DNA of 12,271 nucleotides from positions 1 to 12,271 of the forward strand of contig JBCCXZ010000092.1 in assembly GCA_039190745.1 (NCBI GenBank). The letters are read 5' to 3'. The stretch comes from Planctomycetota bacterium (lineage in GTDB: Bacteria > Planctomycetota > Planctomycetia > Pirellulales > Lacipirellulaceae). The notes beneath the pieces are model-generated. The model had not been told where the DNA came from. It worked only from the letters and a program-made list of their open reading frames with translations, and made no database searches. Shown here one piece after another: positions 1 through 7,578 of the stretch. The first letter of the stretch is position 1. Each line of letters opens with the position of its first letter. Made by a program: the position numbers and the translations under genes.

Positions 1-1914
1 CGGTCTGGAGAGCGGCCGGGCCGTCGTCGGTGTTGAAGTTGGTGTCCCGCCCAGGATGATGTTGCCGGAGGCCTCTTCGATGAGGCTGGTGTCGACGGCG
101 AACTCTCTGAACGTGTTGTACCAGAGCAGGTTGCGTTTGTAGCCGCCCGGCCCGGTGGCGGTGGCGCCGCGCTGGACCGTTCCGACCACCTCGCGGAAGA
201 GCGGCTGCTGCATCGCGGAGGCTGCGAGGACTGCGAGGTCGGCGGCGCTAGCCAGATGGCCCTCTGCGGTCAGGCCGCTCGTGTTCTTGAAGCCGGAGGA
301 GTCCATGCCGAGTTCTTTCGCCTTGGCGTTCATCGCGGAAATGAACTGAGCGTAAGCGTCGCCCTCGGCATTGGGCGCGAGGCGGGGGCCGAAGTGCTCG
401 CCCAAAGCGACCGAAGCGTCGTTGCCCGAGGGGAGCAGGAGGCCGTAGAGCAGCTCGCCGACGAGAATCTTCTCGCCGGCTTTGACCCCTGAGGTCGAAC
501 CGATCGTGTTGTCGGCACGCTCGGAGAAGGTGACGAGCTCGTCGAGAATCTCCGGCTTCTCTTGGGCCAGCGTGGTCACGAGGTAGCCGGTCATAATTTT
601 GGTCGTGCTGGCGAAGTGGCGGGGCTCTTCGGCGTTCATGCCCCAGAGGAGTTCGCCCGATTCGCCGTCGGTGACCGCCCAGGCTTTGCAGGTGACGAAA
701 GGCTGGCCGGTGAGCGGCTCGACGGGGGCCTTCTCGATGGCCTGGCTGTTTACCTCCGCGGGCGATGGGATTTTTTCCTCTTGGGTGATGAGCGCGCCGA
801 GGGCCGCCCAGGTCTCGGGCGTGACTGTGCCGCTGGCGGCGAGCTTCTTCGCCCGTTGGAAGCGGACGACCGCCGCCTCGGTCATCGGGCCGAAGTCTCC
901 GTCGACCGAAAGCGACGGCGAGGGGTCCAGCCGTTCGTTGAGCGTGCGCTGCAGTGCCTCGACCAGATCGCCTTGAGCGCCGAGTGCGAGCGCGGCGGGT
1001 CGCTTCGCGTCCGCGGTTTTGGGTTTGGGGGCGTAGAAGTAGTCGTAAGCCGCCTTGGCGATGCGGCCGCAAAGGATTTCAGCGGCATTCTCGTCGCCCC
1101 AGCTCTGGTCTTTGTTGCCCGTGGTGAGCACGCAGATGGCGAACGCTCCGCCGCGGCGTTCGACGATGGCGGCGTCGCATCGGGTGGCCGCCACGGCGCC
1201 GATCTTGTTGGCGACCTTGGCGGTCGGCGGTAGGAACCGGGGGATCATCTGATCGTCCACGCAGGCAAGCATGTGCTCGCGCATCTCGGCCGAAGCCGCC
1301 TCGGAGACGAGTTTGCCTTCGTGCAGCATGGCGAGCAGCTTGATTGTCTCGGCGGCGGTGACGCTGCCGAGGCCGTACTTCTTGCTGCGTTCAGGGAACA
1401 CCGACGTGCCGGGGCGGAACACGAGCGAGTGGAGTTTCGTCTCGGTGAGCCCCATCGACTCCATCAGGTCGCTCGGGCGGCGGAGGCCGACCTTCTCGAT
1501 GACGAGGTTTGTGGCCGTGTTGTCGGAGTAGGCAATCATCAAGCGGATGAGCCCGCGGAGGGGCAGTTCGGTGCCGTCGAAAAACTGCTTCGTAAGGATG
1601 CCGGCGCCGGGGACCTTGTCCTCTTTGTCGAGCGTTACGCTCTGGCCGAGGTCGAGCTCACCGTCTGCCGCCATCTGGTAAGCGGCAACCATGACTGGGA
1701 TTTTGGCGAGGCTTGCGGCGGGCATCGGCTCGTCGGCCCGGTGTTGGTAACGCTCGCCGGTTTCCAGGTTGAGGATGTCGATGGCCACCTCGCCTTGGTG
1801 GGCCTTGATCAGCGGCTCAATAAGCTCCCCAAGTCCCGACTCTTCTGCCACCGTACAGGAGGCCGTAACACACACGATGATCGCGGCGAAGGCAATGCAG
1901 CGAGGGGAGTGCAT
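1..1914 (-). CDS. Secreted tandem serine hydrolase: class A beta-lactamase-like domain + PG_binding_1 + peptidase S11 D-Ala-D-Ala carboxypeptidase (3'-incomplete; homology stops near 112)
   Basis: Manual translation from ATG 1914 (MHSPRCIAFAAIIVCVTASCTVAEES, signal-peptide-like), open to position 1. Domain 1: SLAK (SxxK, 1702-1713), SDN (1519-1527), KIG (1198-1206). PG-binding: LGAQGDLVEALQRTLN...VDGDFGPMTEAAVVRFQ...GTVTPETWAAL (799-990). S11: FASTTKIMT (SxxK 598-609), PSGNDA (SxN 421-429), FKNTSGL, ...WYNT. Confidence 0.9.
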   Translation of the reverse strand, partial: MHSPRCIAFAAIIVCVTASCTVAEESGLGELIEPLIKAHQGEVAIDILNLETGERYQHRADEPMPAASLAKIPVMVAAYQMAADGELDLGQSVTLDKEDKVPGAGILTKQFFDGTELPLRGLIRLMIAYSDNTATNLVIEKVGLRRPSDLMESMGLTETKLHSLVFRPGTSVFPERSKKYGLGSVTAAETIKLLAMLHEGKLVSEAASAEMREHMLACVDDQMIPRFLPPTAKVANKIGAVAATRCDAAIVERRGGAFAICVLTTGNKDQSWGDENAAEILCGRIAKAAYDYFYAPKPKTADAKRPAALALGAQGDLVEALQRTLNERLDPSPSLSVDGDFGPMTEAAVVRFQRAKKLAASGTVTPETWAALGALITQEEKIPSPAEVNSQAIEKAPVEPLTGQPFVTCKAWAVTDGESGELLWGMNAEEPRHFASTTKIMTGYLVTTLAQEKPEILDELVTFSERADNTIGSTSGVKAGEKILVGELLYGLLLPSGNDASVALGEHFGPRLAPNAEGDAYAQFISAMNAKAKELGMDSSGFKNTSGLTAEGHLASAADLAVLAASAMQQPLFREVVGTVQRGATATGPGGYKRNLLWYNTFREFAVDTSLIEEASGNIILGGTPTSTPTTARPLSRP

Positions 1915-1937
1915 AGCTTTGTTCCTAGCGGGCGTCG

Positions 1938-2972
1938 TCAGGCGGTCGGATTGGGCTGGGCGGTGAGCGTCACGCCGTTGCCGTTGGTTGCCGGGTAGCT
2001 GCAGACGCCGCGGTCGACGCGGGCCCCCTCGGCGATGTCTTGGGCGAGCAGCGCGGGGCCGTCCATGTCGACGTAGTCCAACAGCGGCAGCAGCTGGGCG
2101 ATTGCGGAGATGCCGACGGTCGATTCGGTCATGCAGCCGACCATCACCTGCAAGCCAAAGCTGCGGGCTTGGTCGATCATCCGCCGCGCGGGCGTCAATC
2201 CGCCGCACTTCATCAGTTTGATGTTGATGCCGTGGAACAGCCCCCGGCAACGGGCGACGTCGGCCTCGGTGATGCAACTCTCGTCGGCGATCACCGGCAG
2301 GGCCGACTGCTCGAAAACCTTGGCGGCACCGTCGCGGTCGGCCGCGGGGAGCGGCTGCTCAAGGAATTCGACGCCCAATTCTTTGAGCGGCGTGGAGAGC
2401 TCGATCGCCTGGTCGGCGGTCCACCCGCAGTTGGCGTCGATGCGGAAGCGGGCGTCGGTGTGCTTGCGGAGCTCGCGGACGATCTCCAAGTCGCGGTCGG
2501 TGCCGAGCTTGATCTTGTAGACGGGCCAGCCCGGCATCTCGTTGAGCTTCTCGACCATGACTTCGACCGAGTCGATGCCAATGGTGTAGTTGGACGGCGG
2601 CGTCGAGGCGGTGTCGAGGCCCCAAAGTTGGTAGACCGGGGCGCCCTGCTGCTTGCCCCAGAGGTCGTGAGCGGCTTCGTCCAACGCGCACAGCGCGAAG
2701 GGGCAGTCGGAGAGTTGCGGGGCGACCGCTTCCCAGAGCGTGGGCGGGTCAAGCGTCGCCGTCGACTCGACCACGCCGCGGACCGAGTCGAGCGCTGCCT
2801 CCATGCGGTCGTAGGTCATCTCGTAGTACGTGTTGGTGGTCGCCTCTCCGAAGCCGGAGTGGGCGCCGTCGCTGAGCTCGACGACCAGGGTGGGCTGCAC
2901 GTCGACCGAGGACCGCGAGATCGTGAAGGTGTGCTTCAGCGGCAGCTCGAATCGGTGCGTGGCCAGCTTCAC
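1938..2972 (-). CDS. Dipeptide epimerase, enolase superfamily MLE subgroup (L-Ala-D/L-Glu epimerase / DgcA-like N-acetyl-D-Glu racemase)
   Basis: 344 aa, GTG start. N-terminal PLKHTFTISR, catalytic KxK (YKIKLG), metal ligands DAN / EQP / ADES, second Lys (NIKLMKCGG), and the DxD motif (DMDG) typical of dipeptide epimerases. Confidence 0.92.
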   Translation of the reverse strand: MKLATHRFELPLKHTFTISRSSVDVQPTLVVELSDGAHSGFGEATTNTYYEMTYDRMEAALDSVRGVVESTATLDPPTLWEAVAPQLSDCPFALCALDEAAHDLWGKQQGAPVYQLWGLDTASTPPSNYTIGIDSVEVMVEKLNEMPGWPVYKIKLGTDRDLEIVRELRKHTDARFRIDANCGWTADQAIELSTPLKELGVEFLEQPLPAADRDGAAKVFEQSALPVIADESCITEADVARCRGLFHGINIKLMKCGGLTPARRMIDQARSFGLQVMVGCMTESTVGISAIAQLLPLLDYVDMDGPALLAQDIAEGARVDRGVCSYPATNGNGVTLTAQPNPTA

Positions 2973-3011
2973 GGCGCGACTACTCTTGGGTTCTCAAAAA
3001 GCGGAGAGCGA

Positions 3012-4079
3012 TCAAGTCGCGACCGCTTGCGGGCGGAACTTCTCAACGGCCGCGACCAAGTCGGCGGGGCCGTCGCGGACGACGTCGCACACCGGCAGGC
3101 CGAGCTGCTCGCCGATGCGGGCCCGCTCGTCTTCGGCCTCGGCGGCGGAGACCTTGCGGCTGTTCATGGCGACGCCGATCACGCTGCAGGGGCCTTGCAG
3201 GCTCGCCATGTGCTCGTAGGTCTTCAGCAGCTCGTCGAGCGGCTTGAGCCCGAAGCCGGGCATGCCGTGGACTTCGGTGCGGCCCACTTCGTAGCAGAGG
3301 ACCAACGCATGTGGCACGCAGCCGTGCAGGATGCCGAGCGTGACGGCCGAGTAGCGGGGGTGGGAGATGCTGCCCTGCCCTTCGACCACGACGATCTCGC
3401 GGTGCTGGTTGGCGAGGACCTGCTTCTCGACGGCGCCGCTGATGAAGTCGGCCACGACGCAGTCGACCGGGCAGCCGTCGCCCTCGACCATAATGCCGGT
3501 CTGTCCGGTAGCGATGAACTTGGCGTCCCGCCCGGCGGCGTTGAGCGCGATGGTGAGCTCCATGGCCACGAGCATCTTACCTACGCTGCAGTCCTGCCCG
3601 ACCGTGTGCAGGCGGAGGCAGTCTTCGCGGAGACCGGTGCGGTTGGCGACCTCGTGCTCGTCGTTCTTGCGGACGTCGATGAGCTTCGCCCCGCTCTGCT
3701 CGGCGGCCCGGGCGAACTCGGCGTCGTCGCAGAGGAACTGGTGCATGCCGGAGATGACGTCCATGCCGGAGCGGATCGCTTGCAGGAGCACCGGCCGCCA
3801 GGAGTCGGGGAAGCGTCCGCCGGCCGAGGCGATGCCGATCATCAGCGTGTTCGCGTCGGGGGCGTCGTCGAGCTTGCCCACCACGGGGGTGTCGCCGCCG
3901 ACGCCGAGGAGGTCTTGAGCCGTTTTGCCGACCTGCGTGGAGTCGAGCAGCGAGACCACTTCTTCCGGGCGGTAACGCAGCAGGCAGGTGGCGGTCTTGC
4001 CGCGGACCGGCTCGGTGTGGCCCTCGGTGAGGATCGCGAGGCGGCGGCCCGCGGGTTCGATCGGCTGTTGCGGACTCAT
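3012..4079 (-). CDS. DUF1611 protein (DgcN-like putative D-glutamate N-acetyltransferase)
   Basis: Family motifs GKTATCLLRY, ISGMHQFL, TVGQDCSVGKM, ATGQTG, DCVVADFISGAVE, VEGQGSISHPRYS. Start placed at the MSPQQ ATG (4079); the 49 aa upstream in the ORF track (to 4226) are Pro/Ala-rich and lack family character. Confidence 0.88.
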   Translation of the reverse strand: MSPQQPIEPAGRRLAILTEGHTEPVRGKTATCLLRYRPEEVVSLLDSTQVGKTAQDLLGVGGDTPVVGKLDDAPDANTLMIGIASAGGRFPDSWRPVLLQAIRSGMDVISGMHQFLCDDAEFARAAEQSGAKLIDVRKNDEHEVANRTGLREDCLRLHTVGQDCSVGKMLVAMELTIALNAAGRDAKFIATGQTGIMVEGDGCPVDCVVADFISGAVEKQVLANQHREIVVVEGQGSISHPRYSAVTLGILHGCVPHALVLCYEVGRTEVHGMPGFGLKPLDELLKTYEHMASLQGPCSVIGVAMNSRKVSAAEAEDERARIGEQLGLPVCDVVRDGPADLVAAVEKFRPQAVAT

Positions 4080-4248
4080 CCGGCGTTTCTCGGTCGGTTG
4101 GCGGGGGCGGGTCGGGCCCGCTGCAGCGTCTGAGTTTAGTAGCTGCCCCTTGGCGGGAGAAGCGCCGGGCGGCTGCGTTTTCGAGCATGCAGCCGGGGGC
4201 ACGCCGGGCTCATCCGATTCGCGCATCGCCCGTGCGAAGTAGCGCAGC

Positions 4249-5940
4249 CTAAGAGGCGGTCGATGAGGCTCGCCGCCGGAGCCCTGCCGCCAGGCTTGCG
4301 AAGGCTAGCCAAGCCGCGGAGGGTTCGGGCACGCTGATCGTTGCCGGTAGTGCTCCGCTGTAAGACCTTTGGAGCAACAGGAGGTCCGCAAGGTCGACGT
4401 CACCGTCACGGTCGCCGTCACCGTGCGTGAGGTATGCCCCTCCGCCTTCAAAGCTGCCGGCATTGGTCTGCCACGTAATGAGATCGTTCTCATCGACGTC
4501 GCCGTCGCCATCGAAGTCTGCCGTGGGGTCGCCCACCGGTCGGCGGTCGACGAGTAGCTCGACCTCTAAGGCCCCGGGCACGTCGAGGACGAACGAGCCG
4601 GCGGTTAACGCGGTGCGGCCCAGTTCTTCCCAGTAGGTGCCGGTGCGTGCGACGATGCGGTAGTGCCCGGGATCGCTCACCGAGACCTGCCAGTCGTCGC
4701 CGCCGACGTTCGAAGCCACCTCGGGCAGCGGGCGGTGGCCTGCGCCGAAGTTGGGGTTCGCCGCGGGGCCCTGCCCCGCCACGTCGTAGAAGCTCGTGAG
4801 CTGCGTCGGGTAGTCGTCGATCACCGCCTTGCTGTAGAAGATGCTGTGCCCGGCGGCGCCTTGAGACCGCGACTCCACGATCATCTGCTGGAGGTCGCTC
4901 ACCGGCGTGTTCGCGCCCGTGCCGTTGCTGCGGAGACCGACGACGACTTGGTCGAGGTCGTTTGGCTCGAACGGATCGATCTGGGCGTCGATGATCGAGT
5001 CGAACGCCGAGAAACTCGAACGGTAGGCCTGCGGCACGAACTCGTCGAACAACCCCTGCTGCTGCCACTCGGGCCAGTCGGCGTTGAAGTTGCTCTGGGA
5101 GAACCCGGTGATCGACGGGCTCACCGAGACGTGCAGGTCGGGCCGGGCCGCCTTAACGGCTTGGTAGAGCTCCGTGGCGAACAGGGTCACTTGGTCCTGG
5201 CGCCATTGGGCGAAGGCGGGGTCGCTCACGCTGGTCGGCGCGGGGTTGCCCGTCTGGTTCTGGTAGAGCGACTGGGTGAGCGGGTCCCAACCGAATTCTC
5301 GCGGCCAGGCCAGGCGGTCGTCGAACTGGATGCCGTCCAGGTCGTAGTTGTTGACCGCCTCGAGGGTGAGGTCGATCAAGAACTGTCGCACCTGCGGCAC
5401 GGCCGGGTTCATCCAGGCGAACCCGTTCGAGGCGTTGGTGAACTGTTGATTCTGATCTCGCAGCAGCCAGCCGCGATTGCGCATGAAGAGCGAGAGCGGG
5501 TTGTTGGGGTCCCCGCCGTTGCCGACGAATTGCGACGAGAAACCGTACTCCCACCAGCCGATGTAGTTCAGCCCGTTGCGGTGGGCTTGGATCAGCGTTT
5601 CTTCGACCAGATCGCGGTTGAAGCCGAGGAACGGCGAGCGGTCGACGCCCTGGGTGGTCGCGGCGAGGGTTTGCGACGGGTAGTTCGTGTAGCCGTTCTT
5701 CCACGTCTCGACGTAGACGGTGTTTAGTCCGACGCCTTTGACCGCGGCCATCGAGGCCTCGGCGACGTTGCCGGTGCGGATGTGGTTCGGGCCGGTGGTC
5801 GTGAGCCAGGTGCCGCGGACCTCGTCCGGCGCAGCCGCGGCGTCTGCCGGGCAAGCGGTCAGCAGGCACAGGGCGAGCGTCGCCAAACCTGCCCGCATCG
5901 CAGTGAGAAGCCGAGCCTCAACCCGTACCGGTCCCGTCAT
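4249..5940 (-). CDS. GHL10 (glycosyl hydrolase-like 10) protein with signal peptide, dockerin-like repeats and PEP-CTERM sorting signal
   Basis: EVRGTWLTT, LNTVYVETW, IGWWEYG, WMNPAVPQVRQFL...YDLDGIQFDD, FVPQAY. C-terminal ADFDGDGDVDENDL..WQ and GDGDRDGDVDLADL..LQ (4360-4521), then VPEPSAAWLAFASLAAGLRRR. SD-like AGAGG 5 nt before ATG. Confidence 0.88.
   Translation of the reverse strand: MTGPVRVEARLLTAMRAGLATLALCLLTACPADAAAAPDEVRGTWLTTTGPNHIRTGNVAEASMAAVKGVGLNTVYVETWKNGYTNYPSQTLAATTQGVDRSPFLGFNRDLVEETLIQAHRNGLNYIGWWEYGFSSQFVGNGGDPNNPLSLFMRNRGWLLRDQNQQFTNASNGFAWMNPAVPQVRQFLIDLTLEAVNNYDLDGIQFDDRLAWPREFGWDPLTQSLYQNQTGNPAPTSVSDPAFAQWRQDQVTLFATELYQAVKAARPDLHVSVSPSITGFSQSNFNADWPEWQQQGLFDEFVPQAYRSSFSAFDSIIDAQIDPFEPNDLDQVVVGLRSNGTGANTPVSDLQQMIVESRSQGAAGHSIFYSKAVIDDYPTQLTSFYDVAGQGPAANPNFGAGHRPLPEVASNVGGDDWQVSVSDPGHYRIVARTGTYWEELGRTALTAGSFVLDVPGALEVELLVDRRPVGDPTADFDGDGDVDENDLITWQTNAGSFEGGGAYLTHGDGDRDGDVDLADLLLLQRSYSGALPATISVPEPSAAWLAFASLAAGLRRRASSTAS
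4252..4332 (-). other. PEP-CTERM protein-sorting signal
   Basis: VPEP at 4321-4332, followed by a hydrophobic stretch and RRR near the C-terminus. Confidence 0.85.
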
Positions 5941-5987
5941 TTCCGCCTCTCTCGATTGCAGAGAATCAGCTCTCGTTCCTAAGAGCC

Positions 5988-6016
5988 AGTTTAAGCGACC
6001 CGAAGGAGTGCGTCAC
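5988..6016 (-). promoter_or_regulatory. Possible internal promoter GTGACG-N17-TAAACT upstream of the GHL10-PEP-CTERM gene
   Basis: Hexamers at 6016-6011 and 5993-5988 with exact 17-nt spacing; the -10 lies in the 72-bp gap and the -35 overlaps the nagZ stop. Confidence 0.25.
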
Positions 6017-7563
6017 GCCGCGGGCGCACCGTCGAGGATCGCCTGCGCGAGGGCGGCTTGGGAGGCGGGCACGTCGCTAAATGTGCAGAACTTCACGCTC
6101 GCGGCGAAGCGTTCGAGCCCGACAGGCGAGCCGAGGCAAGCGAGCACGGTGCCGGGCCTCTTCTGCAAGGCCTCGACGAGCTGGTTCTGCTCGGGCAGCA
6201 ACCCAAAATGGTGCCATGCTGCGGGCTTGACCACCATGGCGAGCAGCAATTGATCTGCGGACTCGGCGGCTTCTCGGGCGGCCTCAAGGTCGCTCGCGGA
6301 ACTGCTCGGACCGATTTCGTGATACTCGACGCTGCTGAAGCGTGATTCGAGCTCCGCGGCGAGCGGTTGCCGCGGCGGGTCGAGGTGCGTTTGGAACGGT
6401 TTGAAGAACAGGGCACACAAAGGCTTATTTGCTGCGAAACAGGGCCGCGGGTTTTCCGACTCGCATTGGACTGCCCCGACCGCGACTTGTGTGGCGAGCC
6501 TGGCGATGTCCGCATCGATCTCCGCTGCGGGCCGGCCTGCCGGGGCTTGAGCGGCAAAGGTCTTGAGCTTCCACATCCGTTCGACCGCCTCGTCGACCCG
6601 TGCTTCGGCAACGGCGCCCTGCTCGACTGCCCGCTCCAATGCGTCGAGCGTGCCGGATGGGTCCGCGACGTCGAGCAGCAGGTCGACGCCGGCGTTGAGG
6701 GCGCTGACGGCCAAGTCGCCTTCGCTTTCGGCCTGCGAAGTGACTCCTTCCATGAGCAGTGAATCAGAGATGACCGCCCCGTCGAAACCGAGTTCGCCGC
6801 GCAGCAGGTCGGTCAGGATCGCTTGCGACAGCGTCGCCGGCAGGTTGCTGGGGTCCAGCCCGGGGTAGCGGACGTGCGCGGTCATCAGCAGCGGCACGCC
6901 TGCGTCGACAGCAGCCTGGAACGGCGGCAGTTCAACCGAGTCGAGCGACGCCCGGTCGCCGTGGACGGTCGGCAGTGCGTGGTGCGAGTCTTCGTGGGTG
7001 TTGCCGTGGCCGGGGAAGTGTTTGGCGCAGGTGAGCATGCCCGCTTCGGTCGCGGCGCGGACGTAGGCTGCAACAAGCTGCGCGACCCGGACGGGGTCGG
7101 TTCCGAACGAACGGGTCGCGATCACCGGGTTCAGCGGGTCGATGTTCACGTCGGCGACCGGCCCGTAGCTAACGTGGATGCCGACGGAGCGTGCCCCCTC
7201 GGCCGTCAGCCGAGCGAAGTCTTCGACGCGGGCGACGGCGTCGTCGCCCAGCGCGTCGAACGCCATCGCGTGCGGCAGCACCGGGTGGCCGAGCACCTGC
7301 TGGCCGAGGCCCCGTTCGATGTCGGCGGTGACTAGCAGCGGCACGTCGCAGAGCGACTGCAGGCGATCGAGCGTTCTCGCCGTCTCGTCCTTGCGGCCGT
7401 TGAAGAGGATGATCCCGCCCAAGGGGCAGTCTTCCAGCAACCGCGCAATGCGGTCGGCGTCTTGGTCGACGGTGCGGACGGGGTCGAGGTTCGAGCCGAT
7501 CCGCGGCAGGATCAGCTGCGCGAGCTTTGAGCGGAGATCGCTGGGCTTCGACGGCAGCGTCAT
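6013..7563 (-). CDS. nagZ: GH3 beta-N-acetylglucosaminidase (two-domain NagZ)
   Basis: NagZ signature KHFPGHGNTHEDSH, ADIERG, PVADVN..P.NPVIATRSFG, MTAHV, nucleophile in ISDSLLM. About 180-aa C-terminal alpha/beta-like domain; no signal peptide visible. Confidence 0.9.
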   Translation of the reverse strand: MTLPSKPSDLRSKLAQLILPRIGSNLDPVRTVDQDADRIARLLEDCPLGGIILFNGRKDETARTLDRLQSLCDVPLLVTADIERGLGQQVLGHPVLPHAMAFDALGDDAVARVEDFARLTAEGARSVGIHVSYGPVADVNIDPLNPVIATRSFGTDPVRVAQLVAAYVRAATEAGMLTCAKHFPGHGNTHEDSHHALPTVHGDRASLDSVELPPFQAAVDAGVPLLMTAHVRYPGLDPSNLPATLSQAILTDLLRGELGFDGAVISDSLLMEGVTSQAESEGDLAVSALNAGVDLLLDVADPSGTLDALERAVEQGAVAEARVDEAVERMWKLKTFAAQAPAGRPAAEIDADIARLATQVAVGAVQCESENPRPCFAANKPLCALFFKPFQTHLDPPRQPLAAELESRFSSVEYHEIGPSSSASDLEAAREAAESADQLLLAMVVKPAAWHHFGLLPEQNQLVEALQKRPGTVLACLGSPVGLERFAASVKFCTFSDVPASQAALAQAILDGAPAA

Positions 7564-7578
7564 CGATGTGGCCGTTCG

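Noticed and set aside
1030..1830. Bona fide class A beta-lactamase resistance gene
   Set aside because: No Glu166/ExxLN, KIG motif, and fusion to PG-binding and S11 domains indicate wall metabolism.
248..1998. ORF-track calls 248-1072(-), 562-1233(+), 1273-1998(+) and smaller ones
   Set aside because: Off-frame or antisense to the motif-bearing 1-1914 minus-strand gene.
2040..4133. 697-aa plus-strand ORF
   Set aside because: Antisense shadow of the epimerase and DUF1611 genes, common in high-GC DNA; no motifs.
4170..4195. CGGCTGC...GCAGCCG inverted repeat as a terminator
   Set aside because: 7-bp stem with a long loop and no following U-tract on either strand.
4080..4226. 49-aa N-terminal extension of DUF1611
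   Set aside because: Low complexity, no family signal, and it contains a possible -10 box; the ATG at 4079 is preferred.
4360..4521. Evidence for a cellulosome
   Set aside because: Dockerin-like repeats before PEP-CTERM are common in planctomycete proteins; no cohesin is in the window.
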